DNA of 63,683 nucleotides, the filler included, from Hyphochytrium catenoides (Eukaryota > Protista > Hyphochytriomycota), in assembly GCA_900088475.1 (NCBI GenBank). It is 10 parts of 10 records of this genome, joined end to end, with 100 filler letters (N's around TTAATTAATTAA, not from the genome) between each part and the next. Parts side by side here need not be neighbours in the genome. Positions count along the whole stretch, not along the records: positions 6,628 to 22,687 come from FLMG01004410.1; positions 22,788 to 44,914 come from FLMG01002816.1; 8 more parts are not named here. One strand, given 5' to 3'. Under the pieces are notes generated by a model that did no database searches, was not told the DNA's origin, and saw nothing but the letters and a program-made list of their open reading frames with translations. Below are positions 13,839-27,536 of this stretch, one piece after another. Made by a program: the position numbers and the translations under genes. Numbering within the stretch: position 1 is the stretch's first letter; each line of letters starts with the position of its first letter.

Positions 13839-14959
13839 AACGTCATTCCCTTTCTTCCTTTCTGTCTAGGGAGCAATGGAAAGACTGAGGCAGAATTTCT
13901 ACCAGCCGGGCAGGCAGCCAGTCCTCTATACGGTGCCAGTGGTGGTGGAAGGAGGGAGAGAGAGAGAGATACCACCAGGGAGAACTCTTGGGGGAGCAGA
14001 GAGAGATGTAGCAGGGAGAGGGGGAGAAAGGACAGGAGAGAGAGGAGGAGGAGCAGGCGCTGCGGACCTCAGATTGAGGGTTAGCCAACTGGAACAGGAG
14101 CTCATGGTGAGAGTCTCTCTCTTTTTAGTTTTTCTCTCTCCCTTTCGCATGCTCTCTTCCCCGAGTCCCGTCAGCTCTCAGATTGAGGCTCCTGGCCTTC
14201 GTCACGCGGCATGTGACTTCTCTCTCTTTGTCTTCTTTCTCTTTTCTTTCTCCTTCTCGTCATGCTTTGCTTCTTTTTTTCTTTCTTATGTCTTCCCATT
14301 TCTCTCCTTCTTATTATCTTATGTCTGTCTCCTGGCCCATTGCTCCATCACAGCGGGAAAAGAACGAACGGCTTTTGTCTCTCTCTGCTCTTAGACTCCA
14401 ACTGAGTCACGGACTCGTAGGGAAGTTAGGAGAGGAAGATGGCAGTAGTAAGGCCTCATGCCCTCCAAGTGTCTCCCTCTCCCTCTCTCTCTCTGTCTCT
14501 GTCTCTCTCTTTGCGTCTTCTCTGTTTCTCTCTCCCGTCTCTGTCTGTCTGTCTGTCTGTCTTTTTCTGTCTGTCTGTCTCTCTCTTTCTGTGTCGCGCT
14601 CTCTCTTGATATGCTCTCTCCCCTTGTATCTCTCCTCTTTTCTCTTCTGTATATCGCATTGTGCCTGGCAAGCTTATTTCGTTCTTGCTCTCTCTCTCTC
14701 TCTCTCTCTCTCTTTGTATCTCAATCCCTTTGTCCGTCGGTGACTCACCATCTGTTTTCTTCTTCTTTCCAATTTCTCTCTTCGAGGAGGTGGAGACATG
14801 GAAAAGCTTACGCAAGAGAACCTTTCCTTGCATTTTTCTAGCGGGAGAAGTCCGGAGGCTGAAGCCGTAAGGAGAGAGACAGATCGTAGAAATCGAGAAG
14901 GGGAGAGAAACCAGAAAGAAGAAATCCAAGTATGAGCTGGCCCCTACACCCTATCGCTC

Positions 14960-14990
<31 letters not shown>

Positions 14991-15218
14991 CCTCTTCAAT
15001 CTCGTTTTCTCTCTCCATCTCTTTCTTCCTTTCATGACTAGGCTTGTCGTTTAGGATGGACACATCGCGTTTTCTGGCGCATCTCTCCTTCTCTGTTCTT
15101 CTCTCTCCTGCATATTCCTGAGCTTTCTTCTCTGTGTCTTCTCGGTCCTACCTACTTTCTTCTTTTCTTTACTCTTCCCTTAATTCCTCTTCTCCTTCTA
15201 ATATCTTCTCTCTCTCTC

Positions 15219-15255
<37 letters not shown>

Positions 15256-17236
15256 TGTCTCCCCTGACCTCTCTTCTACCATGAAGGCTCTTCAGCATAG
15301 TCTCAGAGGCCTGGAGGAGGTATTAAGGGCAGAGATTATCCAGCGGAAGGCAGAGATCCGAGAGATCAAGAGAAGAGAGACAGGGAGAGAGAGAGAGGAA
15401 GACAAAGCCATCCTAAACTCTCTCACTATCTCTACCGTGGGAAAGGAGAGAGAGGGACGTAAGGAAGACGACGTAGAGAGGGGGAGAAGGAGTCCAGCGA
15501 CTGATAAACAGGAGGAAGAGAGAGCAGCGGAGACTCTACGAAAAGCTCTAGCAAACCAATGGCGGAGTGAAGGAGGAGAAGATGGAGAGGGCAGAGCGCG
15601 GCACAGAGAGAGAGAGGAAGAAGAGAGGAGGAAGAAGTGGGAGAGAGAACAAGAAGAGAAGAGGAAGCAGCACGATTTAGAAATAGAGAAGAGACGGAAG
15701 GAGGAGAAAGAGAAGGAGGTGGCAGTTATGAGGGCGGACATGGAGAAGATGGTGAAGAAGGAGACAGAGGGAACTCTGGCAAATATGAAGACTGCTCTGG
15801 CCAGCCTCAGGTAAGGCGTTTCCTTTTTTTGAGTCCTCTTTCTTCTTTCTCTCCTCAATCCTCTCCCTGTCTCTTCTGTTACTGCCATGCCTCTCCCGCT
15901 TCTGTTGGTCTCTCTTGTTCTCCTGCGTTTGCTTCTCGTCTCTCTCTCTTCCGGAAACATTTGTTTGATGCGCAGAGATGGCCGCCCTTCCCCTGAGAAG
16001 ATACACTCCCTTGTATCTCGCCCTCGACACTCTTCCGCTGGATGTTGCTCTCATCCTGCGTCTCCTTGTTTCTTCTTTCTTTCTCTCTCTGTCTCTCCTT
16101 CTTTCTCTCTTCCTGCCCATGTGTCTCTCTCTCTCTCTCATTCCTCATCTTGCGTTGGTGCTCATTCCGTTCGTGTCTCCCTACTGTTCCCTGCTGTTAA
16201 GCCTGCGAGTCGATATCGTGGAGTCTTGTTTGAAGAGTGAGGCTGCCTCTCTCTCTTCTGACGTGAACACGCTGAAAGGGGAACTGAGACGGCGGAGCGT
16301 GATAGAGGAGAGGAAAGAGAAGGATGCCCAGGCTCTCCGGGAGAGAGAGAGAGACAGCGGTCAAACTGAAGAGGAGAGAGAGGTGAAGAAAGAAACGCCA
16401 GCGACTCTCTCTCCTCGTCACTCTTGGGGACAAGCCTCTTCGCAGTTGGCCTCGCTCTCTCTTGCGGTGGAAGAGCAAGAAGGAAGAGTAAAATCGATCG
16501 TAAGTCTTTCCTACTTCAGGTCATACACTTCTTCTGGGCCATTGCCTGATAAGACAGAGAGGACAGGAAGAGAGAGATAGGGAAAGAGAAGAAGTGTGGG
16601 AATGGTCGATAGCCGGAGAGAGAAAATGAGAGAGAGAATAAGAGGGAGAAAGATATATATGTATTTAAACAGAGAGAGAGAGAGAGGAAGCGAGAGAGAG
16701 AGAGGGGGATGAGAGAGCGAGAGTGAGAGGAGAGAGAGCGAAGCGAGAGAAGAAAGCGAACGAGGACGAAAGAGGAGGTCAGAGAGAGACAGATCTATGG
16801 CTGAGTAGCTGCGTCCGTGAAAAATTAGAGGTAGCTTGGTAGGGCAGAGAACTCAGAAACTCCTCCTCTTTATTTTCTTGCTCTCTCTTCGTCTTTCTCG
16901 CTCTCGCTCTCTCTTTCTCTCTCTCTCTCGCTCTGTCTCTCTAACGCGCCTCTCTCTTTGCAGGAGGATTGGAAGGAACACATAGTGGGAGAGCTCCTCC
17001 AGGGCATCAAGGATTCTATTGAGAGAAAACAGAGGATGGATGAGCAGGAGGCGGCCGAGAGAATAATGCAGGAAGATAGTAAGAAAGTGAAAGAGGAACT
17101 CAGTCAACTGAAAAGGGTAGGAGAAGCCCTTCCCATCGCTCTATCTTCACGTGTCAGCGCCACTATCACAGTCTCCTCTTCTCTCTCTTCTCTCTCACTT
17201 CTTATCCGGCACCTGTGTTCCGGCTTTCTCACTCCG

Positions 17237-17278
<42 letters not shown>

Positions 17279-20200
17279 TTCTACTGCCGCACCTTCTCTT
17301 TCCCTTCGCCTCTCTTCTTTCAATCCCTGGTCGCTCGCGGTGTATCATCTCCATTCATCTCATTTCTCTTGTGCGAATAGCAGCCACCTTACTTTCTCTC
17401 TCTGATGGATGTGGTCTCTTCTCTCCCTATAACGGCAATGCCTCTTTATAAGTCTCCCACTATTTCCCTCTTGGTGTCCCCGTCCTCTGGGCCTTTCCTT
17501 GCCATCTTTCTCCGTTTCTCCTTCTTTCTTCCTGTTGCTTTTCTCGGTTCCTCGTTATTCTCTTACACGTCACTCTTGTTCTGTGTGTCTCTTCGTCTCT
17601 CTTTCTCACTCTTTCTCTCTCCCTTTCTCTATTCATAACTGAAAAGGACCAGCGGCAGTTAGGGGATAAGGTGGAAGACTCTGTGGGCACCTACAAGCGC
17701 TACCTGGACGACGAGATGGACAGGTTTAACAAAAAGATAGAGGAACTGAGGTACTCTCCTAGTCTCTCTCTGCATGCTCTCTCCCCTGGACCCTTTCTCT
17801 TTGCCTCTGACGTTCTACCTCTTTAGCTCGACTTTCTCTCTTCGCTTTCTCTTATTCTCTTCTCTTCCGTATGCCCGAAAATTCTCTCTTCTCATACCTC
17901 TCTAGTCTATCAACTCACATTTTGTCTGTTCTCTCTCTCTTCTCTTCCTTTCGTTCCTCTTCCTTTCTGCCTTTCATAACAGAGCAGAATCCGAGAAGAA
18001 GCCCATTTCCAAGGCGGAGGAGAGAAAGGCTTCTCTTTCCGTGGCTAAGCGTCGAAGTCGAGCGGAAGGAACAGATGCTATGGAAGAGCGACAGAAAGGC
18101 CTGGAAGAAGAAGAAAAGAGAAATCGAGAACAAGCACTTGCAGACCTGAGGGTGCAGTTGTTAGAGGAACAAGGGAAGAGAAACATGGCGATGGAAGAGA
18201 AAATGGGCACTAGACTGCAGGAGGAGCTGCAGGCGCTGCAGGTCAGACACAGGAGAGGAGGGACCTTTCTCCCGTTTTGTTTTCTTGACATTCGCTTCTC
18301 TCTCTCTCTCCCCGTTCTCCCCTGCCCGTTGCTTTCTAGAATCCTCTTTCTTCCCCTTTCAGATCGCTGTGCGCGTGCTGTCTCTCGCTCGTGTCCTCCT
18401 CCTTTTGCCTCCTTGTTCTCTACTACTTTGCGCTTATACCTTTCTCTCTCTACTTTCTCTCTCTACTTTTGTCTCTCCCGTCAACTCTCCGTTCACCACC
18501 TCCTTTGGCATTGCCTTCTGATTCTGTTCCTTATGCTGGCGAGAGCTCTTCAGCCATTGCTTCTAACTTTATTGTCGGTTCGCTTCTGTCTATTCTCTCA
18601 CTTGTACAGAGGGCCATAGCGCAGGAGTTTGATCGAAAGCTGGAGGCAGTGACGGCTGGCCTCACGGTACTCTCCTCTCTTTCAGGAGATTGATAGCCTT
18701 TCTCTCTCTCTCTGTCTCTTCGACTTCCTGGGCCTTTTATCCCTATGGCTAGCCTAAAAGCACGAGGATGTGACTATCAGTGTTTCTTTCTGCTTGCTCC
18801 TCTCTCTTCTTTCTCTTTCTCTCTCTCTCTCTCTCTCTTGATTCATCCTTTTTCCCGTTTTCTTCCCTCTCTTCTTTGTCCTCTTCATCATGCATCAACT
18901 TTGACAGATGGCCGCCCGGGGCCGTCCCCTATCCCAACAAGCCTCTTTCTTCAGTCTTTTTCTCTCCCTTTTAATCAGTCTGGTACTCTTTCTTTTGGCA
19001 CCACTTTCTTCCCCGTCGTGTCCCTCATTGACCGTGCCCTCAATCGCACCATCCCACTGATATAATGCTAGGCGGAATCGGCTGCTCGTGTCGCGGAGAA
19101 GAAAGAGCTGGAAGACTCCTTTGACCGAATGATGCGCGAGAGAGATGACAGAGCTGAAAAAGCCCGGAGAAGAACGACGATGATGAGGAGAGAGAAGGAG
19201 AAAGAAGAAGATGTACAGCCGACAGCCGCCCAAGCTCTAGGCACCTCTGCCGCTGGTGCAGAGCCTAAAGCACCAGGCTCAAGTGACCTACAAGCTCAAG
19301 AGGGCGCGGCATTGTCCGCCTCGTCTCTCTCCCAAATGCAGAAGGTTATGCAGAGGATCTTACTCTTTTGTCCTGGTCCTTTCGATGCTTCCCCCTCTCT
19401 CTCTTTCTCTCTCTCCTCTTTCATGTGCGATGACTTTCTCTCTCTTTAGCCTTTATCTTTCTCTTTCTCTCTCTCTCTCTCACTCGTATGTACCCTGTTT
19501 CCCGCAGGAACTAGAAGATCTCCACGACCGACTGTACCAGCTTGAAGGGTCCTCGGACTACTATAGCCAATCGATAGAGGAAATCAAGGAAAGACAAGAA
19601 CAGGTGAGCAACACCTACGAAGAGAGAGAGGAGAGGGTGTGATGGACAGTGAAAGCGTGGGTTCAGGGTTCAGAGGAAGAAACTGATGATTGAGGCTGAG
19701 ACGGAGAAGGGAGAGAGAGAAAGAGAGAGAGGCTGCCTCTTGGAAGAGTTTTTGAGGAGAGACACGAGGTGCCAAAGAAGATGCCATCGTCCTCTCTCTT
19801 CTCGTTATGAAGGATCCATTCCGCTGGTTCTTATCTGACACAATTTCTCCTGTTTCGTCTCGCCAACTCGACGCTCTGCCTCTCTATCTCTATCACTCTT
19901 TATATCTCTTTATCTTGTTGAAGGCAAAGAAAGAGTTAGCAGAATCCACTTCCAAAGATGCTGATCTCTCCGCCTCCCTGTCAGAGACAATGATCAAGAA
20001 CTTGACGGTACCACGCTTTTGTCCCTCTCTCAGCCGTTGACAGCGTCCCTTTGTCGTTACTCTAGCGTTTACGAACTCTGAAAGCAAATTTTCCCTTGTC
20101 GCTCTCCCACCCATCTCGCTCTCTCTCTCTCTCTCTCTCTTTTCTCTCTCCCTCTCTCTCTCCCTCTTTCTCTCTCTCTCTCTCTCTTGTTTTTCCTCTT

Positions 20201-20915
20201 CCTTTTGATAAGCTTCATGTCTTTTCATTCGGCTTGACAAGCCCTACTGATGTTAACTCGTATGTTCATGTCGTAGGACAAATGTCAGCATGATCTTGCA
20301 ATTATCAGGGAACAAGAGGCCAAACTTCAGTCCCAGATAGAGGTAACACGCCATCAGGAGTGGGGGAGAGAAACGAGGGTCGGAGAGAGAGACAGACAGA
20401 GAGAAAACCGAGGAAGAAGCGAGAAGAAAAAATTGATAGTAAGAGATCTGAGCTTCGGGACACGGAAAAGGATAGCAGGGAGGGGATCAGACCTTCTTAG
20501 GACCGTTCCTCTTCTTAATCTCTCTCCCTTCTTTTCTCAGGCCACGAGGGAGCAACTCAACAAAGCTCTCAAGGAAGAAGAAGAGAGAGCAAAGAGAGAC
20601 GTCCAGATAACAAGAGAAGAGCTGGGAAAGAGGATGGATGACAATTATCTCTCTGTCCTCGAGTGGACGGTGGACGTCCTCTTCATGAAGTCTTCAGTAA
20701 GCAAAGGCGTGGTGGAGTCTCTCAAGAAGAGAGAAGAGGGAGAACAAGAGAGAACGCAAGGAGAAGGGGCCAGCCAAAGCCCGAGTGGACCTATTTCCCA
20801 TTCCCTTCCTCCAGGCTATGAGGCTGCAGTCGCGAAGAGTATCGAACAACATCAGGAGGCGGAAGAGTTTAAAGCGAGGGATGCGAAAAAGGCAGGGGAA
20901 GAGCTCGGTGGATAA
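10258..20915 (+). CDS. Large spliced coiled-coil protein (~22 exons, roughly 1200 aa); N-terminal QKAYAEELDKQIEEKK is reminiscent of the CSPP1/CCDC66-type motif
   Basis: Phase-compatible GT-AG exons: 10258-10321, 10527-10573, a probable gapped exon near 11102-11260, 11558-11737, 12428-12512, 12798-12947, 13348-13482, 13691-gap, 13870-14106, 14354-14447, 14787-14866, 15287-15810, 16202-16499, 16964-17116, 17647-17750, 17983-18241, 18610-18666, 19072-19344, 19508-19603, 19924-20007, 20277-20342, 20541-20915. Product is E/R/K/L-rich and heptad-like. Confidence 0.75.
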
Positions 20916-23900
20916 GGAGGCAAAAGAGTCGGAGGAGTTCAAAAGAGGAAGGAGAGGAAAGAGAAAAACAGGCAAGCAAGCGCCACACAGAAAGAGAGAG
21001 AGGAGAAAGAGACAGCATGTCACTCTTATCAACTTCTTCTCTCTCTCTCTCTCGGACATCTCTTTTTCCTTGAGGCTCAGTCTAGTCCTTTCGTGCTCCC
21101 TGTTTGCATCTGTCACGAGACCACTGATTGAGAGGAGAGAAGAGGTAGAAAGACGTATGAGCTCTTTCCATCATCATTGCACCATCCGCCTACGTTATAT
21201 TCTCTCCTTCTCTCCCCCGACCCCTGTCTCGCTCTGTCAATTCATCCACCTCTCAGTTGACCTTGACCTTACCATCACTGGCGGTTCGGTCAAGAGAAAG
21301 GAAGAGACGCCAGGGAATCAACTATTTTTTGTCTCTCTCTTTATGCTCTTCTTTCTTAGGGAATCAACTATTTATTGTATTGTCGTCTATAATAGACAAC
21401 GAAGACGCGGCAGAACTCCTTACTGCTTGTCTCTCTTTTCTCCTCGTCGTCATTCTTCTGTCCAGAGTCACGTACAATCCACTACCTGCCACTGCTGCTC
21501 CTCGGTTCACTCTGTAGTTCTTACGACCTGCTCAGAATGTCCTTCTCCTCTATTGCTGGATAACTAGGTAGTTGACAGCTTAACTTTCTAGAAGGGCGGA
21601 ATGGCTGGGCTCGTCAAGCGTTTGCTCTCTTCTAGACCTATTCCAGGGCAGGAGGAGCGTCACATCTTCTCTCTTCTCTTAGTATAACCATGTCGCAAAG
21701 ATATTGAACTTCTGCTGGGAACTTCCTCTGTTTTGCACCTGCCCACTATTCATCCCGACCTCCTCAGCCCGCTAACTGGGCTCCTTCTCTTTCTATTCGT
21801 GTGCTTCTGTCGGTGGTCATCTATCTCTCCTTCTTCCACCTTCCTTCCTTGGCAGGCCCAAACGGTGATGAACCAGCTGCTGCTGCTACTCTGCTGCTGC
21901 TGTTGCTACGGCGGCTTGTGCTGCTGCTTCGAAGGCTCGGGCCGCCTACATGGAGCCGCCTTCTTCCTGTTGTCTGACCTCGTCAATGAGGCTGGGAAGC
22001 TCCCGCAAAGTCTGTGGATCGATGATGTCTTGGGCACCAGAGCAGAGTGACAAGGATGATGATGTGTCTCTTATTATAGCTTAACCGAGGAAGATCCTGG
22101 GGTAGATCTCAAGATTTGTCTTCTGAGGGGCTTCCGAGTGATCGAGAATAGAATGATACCGAAGGTAAAGGTACCAAAAATCCTGTTCATTACAAATATT
22201 GAGGTTACTTGTACCTTGGTGCTTTTCTAACCCCTAAGGACAAAATGAAAGAGGTTGTCCCCTCGCCCAGTTCCCGAGAATAGTAACCGAACGACGAGAG
22301 TTTGCGCCCGAGAATAATGGTATGGAGGACCCGACCCTAACCGTGCCTTTGAAAGAGCGTTTTACAACTGTCGCGCCTGCCGACGGTCCCAACGGCCGCC
22401 GCCGCCCCATCATCATCACAGCTCCTCATAGCAACACAGGCAGGCCCAAGCCCACGCTCAGGCCCAGGCCTAGGCCCAGGCTCCCAGGCCTAGGCCCAAC
22501 AAGTGCTACTACTGCCGCTGCTGGTGCTGGTGCTGGTGCTGGTGCTGGTGCTGGCTTGTATGAGCAGCGGTGTTGGGCTGTACGCACTGGGCCATCATTG
22601 GTCATCTAATGAGTAATGATGGGAAAGGAGAAGGAAGAGGGAGGAGATGAGAAGAAGAGCGATGGCGATGATGGCCATGGAGGGGGANNNNNNNNNNNNN
22701 NNNNNNNNNNNNNNNNNNNNNNNNNNNNNNNTTAATTAATTAANNNNNNNNNNNNNNNNNNNNNNNNNNNNNNNNNNNNNNNNNNNNAGTTCTCTCCCAC
22801 CAAAAAGCCCAGCCTCTAGTCATTTGGACCTAAGAGTTGATAGCTTCATGACGCTGACTGAGAGACTTTGGAGCTTACTTTCTTATCCAAGTTCTTACCA
22901 TGGAACCTCTGGCGTGTGCTAAAGGTTAGTGTTGATAAAACCATAGGTCTTAGGCCACGGCTTCCAAGTGAAGGAACTTCTGCCTGCTGTGTCTTTCCTA
23001 CCTCTACCAAGTTCCGGCCAACTTTGGTGCTCAACCCTTTGGCGCCCGTCTCCTGATTGACTGTCTGACGAGTGTCTGATAAACAAGGTTGATGGTGATG
23101 CTACATGCGATGGCCGAGGGAAGTACGAGTACGACTGTAGAACGAGTAGCCTTTAGAACTTGCTTCGTAGGGAGGAGATCAATCAAGAGTCAAAGGCAAA
23201 GCACGACACACGGCTGTACAGCGCTCTCGACCGCTCACCAAGGTATGCCTGTGATGGGTTCGTAAGTGTTTCCCTGTACAGAACCTCAGGAGCTCGACAT
23301 CATGAATTTGAGGAATAAGGCTTTATTAGCAATGGATATCGAGAACATATGGGTTATGAGTACCCTTTATTCATGATAAGAGGTAGATGGGGTTGGTGTG
23401 TTACCGTTCTGTACAACAACGAACAGAATTGGGACTTGTTAGAAATGATATGCCACTACTTTGAGAGGGGGCGCACCGCCCAATGACATGACCCTCACAG
23501 CTTCCAGATTCCCTTCACTATAGTATGTCAGGTCCATCTACCCTGACATGTTCTTTATGGGTTGGGAACCTCTCTTCAGTCATCAGTGACTATCTTTCCT
23601 AACCTGGGTATACGGCGTTACCCCTGGGGTTATTATTGAAGTAGGAAGGTTGTTGCCGGGAGAGTAGTCTACGGCCCCCCCCCTTTTGGCTTGAGTGGGA
23701 CAGAGGACAGTGGGAGGACGGACAGAGAGAGAGTGTGGGGGAGAAAGCTAGGAATATGTGCCAAAGACAGAGTTTGAGACGGGAGACAGACAGAGCAACA
23801 GAGAGAGAGGGAAACACGCAAAGAGAGAGAGGGAGGAGGAAAGGGGAGAGAGGAGAGAGGAGACAGACAGAGGTGTGTTGATGGAGGTTATAGGCTGCAT

Positions 23901-24432
23901 CTCCCGCCCGATAGAGACAGAGAGAGAGAGAGAGATAAGCCCCTGGCTGGCTGACTCCGCCCCCACCCAGTCTCTTGCCCTGCCATTGAAGAGAAGGGAG
24001 AGAGGTTGACAGAAAGAGTGGGGAAAGTTATAAAGTCCGTCAGAACTACCTCCCCACGCTGACCGCTGGGTGAAGAGAGAGACACAGAGAGAGAGAGGCC
24101 ACAAACTGCTCTCCACAACTCGTACCACCAAGACTGACAGGGGAAAGGCACTCTCACGGGCTTGTCGTCCAAACAGATCGGGTTTGTCCTCCACAAACGC
24201 AGCCGCTCTTTGCCTTGCCAGCCCTTGTTGGGTCAACTGCTCCTTTTCCTCCAAAGCTTCAAAAGTCACTGCCTACACGGCGTTGATCCCAGGCTAGCGC
24301 GAAGCGGAGGTGACGTAGAGCTCGCTTTCTTAGCCTGTTGATAAGCTGGTTGACAGGCTCCAGCCAGGATATAGTGGTTTTAAGCAAGTGTCGACCTTTC
24401 TGCTATGCGCTGAAGTTAAGACTGGCGGAGTC

Positions 24433-27383
24433 ATGAGTAAGCCAGGTGAATAGCATCATAGAGTTTCCGCTGCATTCGTACCCTTCTAGTAACAAGCCGG
24501 CGCAGGTGAGAGTCCCAATAACTCTGGCAGGATCGCAGCCCAAGATCCGGCAGCAGCAGCAGCAGCAGCTGCTGCAGCGGCGTATGCCCTGTCGTCTGCG
24601 TCTGGGCGATCACCATCTGGTCAGCAGACGGGCTCTACTGCAACGCCAGCATCCAACGGCGGTAACAGCGGTCTCGCGAAGGGAAAGGTGGGCGTTATTG
24701 TCTATCATAAGTTCCTTGGAATCCTCCTTAACCCTGTTCACGCATATGGCAGATCACATATGCAAACGTTCCTCGAGGACAGGCTTCAGCTATCGCCTAT
24801 ATAAAGTATGCCTCGCTAGATAAGGTTTGTGCTCAACGTCCTTGGCATTATAAGCCTCGCCCGTCCTAAGTTCTCTATCTATGGCGTAGTTGGTTGAAAA
24901 GCTCACAGATGACAAGGAGTCTGATTTTGTTTTCAAGAATGCCTTCGTTCTATGCTACAAATCGTTCTGTACGGCGGCTGAGTTCGCTCAAGCGCTCGTT
25001 GAGCGCTTTATGTCCGTGAGCAACGAAGCGAGAGGTCAGTTCTCACCTGAGTGTGGTGGTGGTATACGAAACGCTGAAGGACGTANNNNNNNNNNNNNNN
25101 NNNNNNNNNNNNNNNNNNNNNNNNNNNNNNNNNNNNNNTTGCAGGACATTCTCTCCACCTTCCTTACCAAAGTCATTGAAAATTATGGAGCTGGACAGAA
25201 GAACATTGCCACCACCCTCCTGGTATGCTGTTTCCCGTCGTGTCTTGATGAATGAGGGGTTGCAATCTGATTCCATTGCTCCTTTGGCTGTTCGTGTCTT
25301 TCGCTTGGCTGCCTATCTTCTGCACCAGGACCTCCTTAACCAGTGGGCAGCTGACGCGCGCATGGAAAGCTTTGGGACAGACCTTGAGCGCAAGTCCACA
25401 GAGATAGATCTAAGTCAGCTAGACCTGAGTGAGGGAAGGTCTAACTCCCCGGTCACAAGCTTTGGATCTCCTCAAGATTTCGAAGGTAAGAGCTATGGTG
25501 CTCTGAATTTCTGGAGACAATTGCTGGCTAACTAAATCCCGGGCTTAGACTCCAGCACTTTTGATCAGTCCGGGTTTGCAACGATTGAGAACGGAACGGA
25601 GAGCGAGGTGGATAACGGAAAGGAGGCCCAACCAGCCAGAGCAAAGCCCCAAGGTACAATAGCATCTCCGGCGGACAACGACATGCCTGTATCCATCTCC
25701 TCGGACGGCGATAATCTGCTGCACGAATCATTTTCTCATGCATCCACCGATATGGGCTCATCCTACGAGGGAAAGGGTTTTTCTTCCAGGTAGGGCTAGA
25801 TGCCTTCCGTTGTCTCTTCTGCATCTAGACTCAATTATCGGCTTCTACCTGCAGTTCAACTACGGAGGCAACGTCCCTGGCGTCTTTGGCATCACTGAAG
25901 GACGTGGGCTCACCGAACGAATCCGCGTACGTAGAGTGCCGGTGTTTATGTTCAATTTCTACTCAAAGTCTCCGTCCTAATACCTAATTGCATGGTTGTA
26001 TAGTGCACGTTCTACCTCCTCCAGATCCTCTTCCACATCTAAGGATTCCAAGTTGAGCAAGAGCAGCCACAGGTTAAAGCCTCTTATTGGTCTGCCTGCG
26101 GAGCAAGTAGCTGAGCAGTTGACGTTTTCTGAGATGGATCATTACTTCATGCGAATCCAGGTAGGAGCCAGAGCAACTTCGATGTCCGCAATGGTATGGA
26201 ATAACTCATCATGTCTCCTTGTCGCCCTCTTAGCCAAGAGAATTCACGAACAAGGCCTGGACGAGGGAGGAGATAAAGAAGAAAGAGGCCCGGCATATCG
26301 TTCGAATGATTGAGGTCTTCAATGCGGTAAGTGTAGCTTGGCGGAAATGTGGATCGCTTTCCTATCTCATTCTTTCGTTGCATGTCTAACAGCGCACTAA
26401 CTGGGTGGCGAGTGAGGTATTGCATCCAAAGTTGGAGACTGCCGATCGTGCCAAAGTCATCTCTTTTTTTATTGATGTGGCTGAGACGTGCCGGCGGCTC
26501 AACAACTTTAACACGCTTGTTGAGATTGTTAGTGGACTGAAAAACCCTTGCCTAGCGTAAGTTGTCCATCCTTGCTTCACTCGTGCTCTCCTCACTTTTC
26601 TCAACTCTGTGTATCACTTGTGTTCGCTCACGCTATGCTCTTTAGTCTCTGTCAAGTGGGTCCTCATTCAGCCGCTTGTCCTTCTCTGTTTTTTAACACC
26701 TTCGTCAACGGCTGCGCTGATGTGTGCTTTTCAGTCAATTGCATAATACATGGACACTAGTTAGCCAGCCAAGGTTAGAAAGGTTTGCAGTCCTTCAACA
26801 GCTGATTAGTCCCGAGAACAACTACGCTCAATACCGTCAGGTAAGTGAGCTCAAATAGAAGATGACGTGAAACGTAAGCCACTGATGCGCCTCTCCTGTC
26901 TCTCTTCGCTAGGCGGTGGCGCTTTGCGACGGCCAGCCTTGTATCCCTTGTCTCCTTGTTGTTACGAAAGACCTTTTCTCTTTAGAGGAAGGCATGCCTA
27001 CGATAGAAGGAGGGCTGATTCATTTCGCAAAGTTCCGGAAGATTTATGAGACCATCTCTGCCTTCCTCTCCTTCCAAGAACAGCCATACACCATCGTCAA
27101 GTATGAGCCCGGTAGCAGAAGTCGGTCTAAGCCTGCAAGCAGCAAGACTGTCGTCATTCTTAGGACAGATGAGAAACTCCAGAAGCTCTTGAAGACACGA
27201 ATGAAATAGTACGTGACCCATATCATCTTCGTTGACTAGACACATATCTGATCTAAGGTCCTTCCATCACTGTCCTGCAGTTTCCAGAAGTCGAAGGTGG
27301 ACCTGTGGAGATTGGCGAAGCATGCCAACACACAGGAGAGTATTACTTTTGTCAATTCCATCAACGAGGCAGGATTCCTCTAG
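24433..27383 (+). CDS. RasGEF (REM + CDC25-homology domain), paralog A
   Basis: Spliced ORF MSKPGESPNN...YIKYASLDK|LVEKLTDDKESDFVFKNAFVLCYKSF...QVAEQLTFSE...NWVASEVL...CRRLNNFNTL...CIPCLLVVTKDLFSLEEG...IHFAKFRKI...NSINEAGFL*. One N gap at 25086-25138. Confidence 0.9.
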
Positions 27384-27536
27384 CTCCATTAGTGATTATA
27401 GGGTGCCCGTGCGGTGGCGATGTATAAGTCTCCTTTTTATATATAGATCTTTATCAACAAGATCTTCTGCTTATAACGTACTTGCACTTCTTGGGTAGTG
27501 CCTACACGAGGACGGACACTTTTGAACGAGTCTTCG

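Noticed and set aside
6829-21567. Dozens of LSLSLS/ERERER ORFs in the ORF track
   Set aside because: They are stop-free readings of CT/GA microsatellites; only the phase-consistent exons were kept.
22441-22555. AGGCCC and GCTGGT hexamer repeats (RPRP/AGAG ORF)
   Set aside because: Low-complexity, with no gene structure or domain support.
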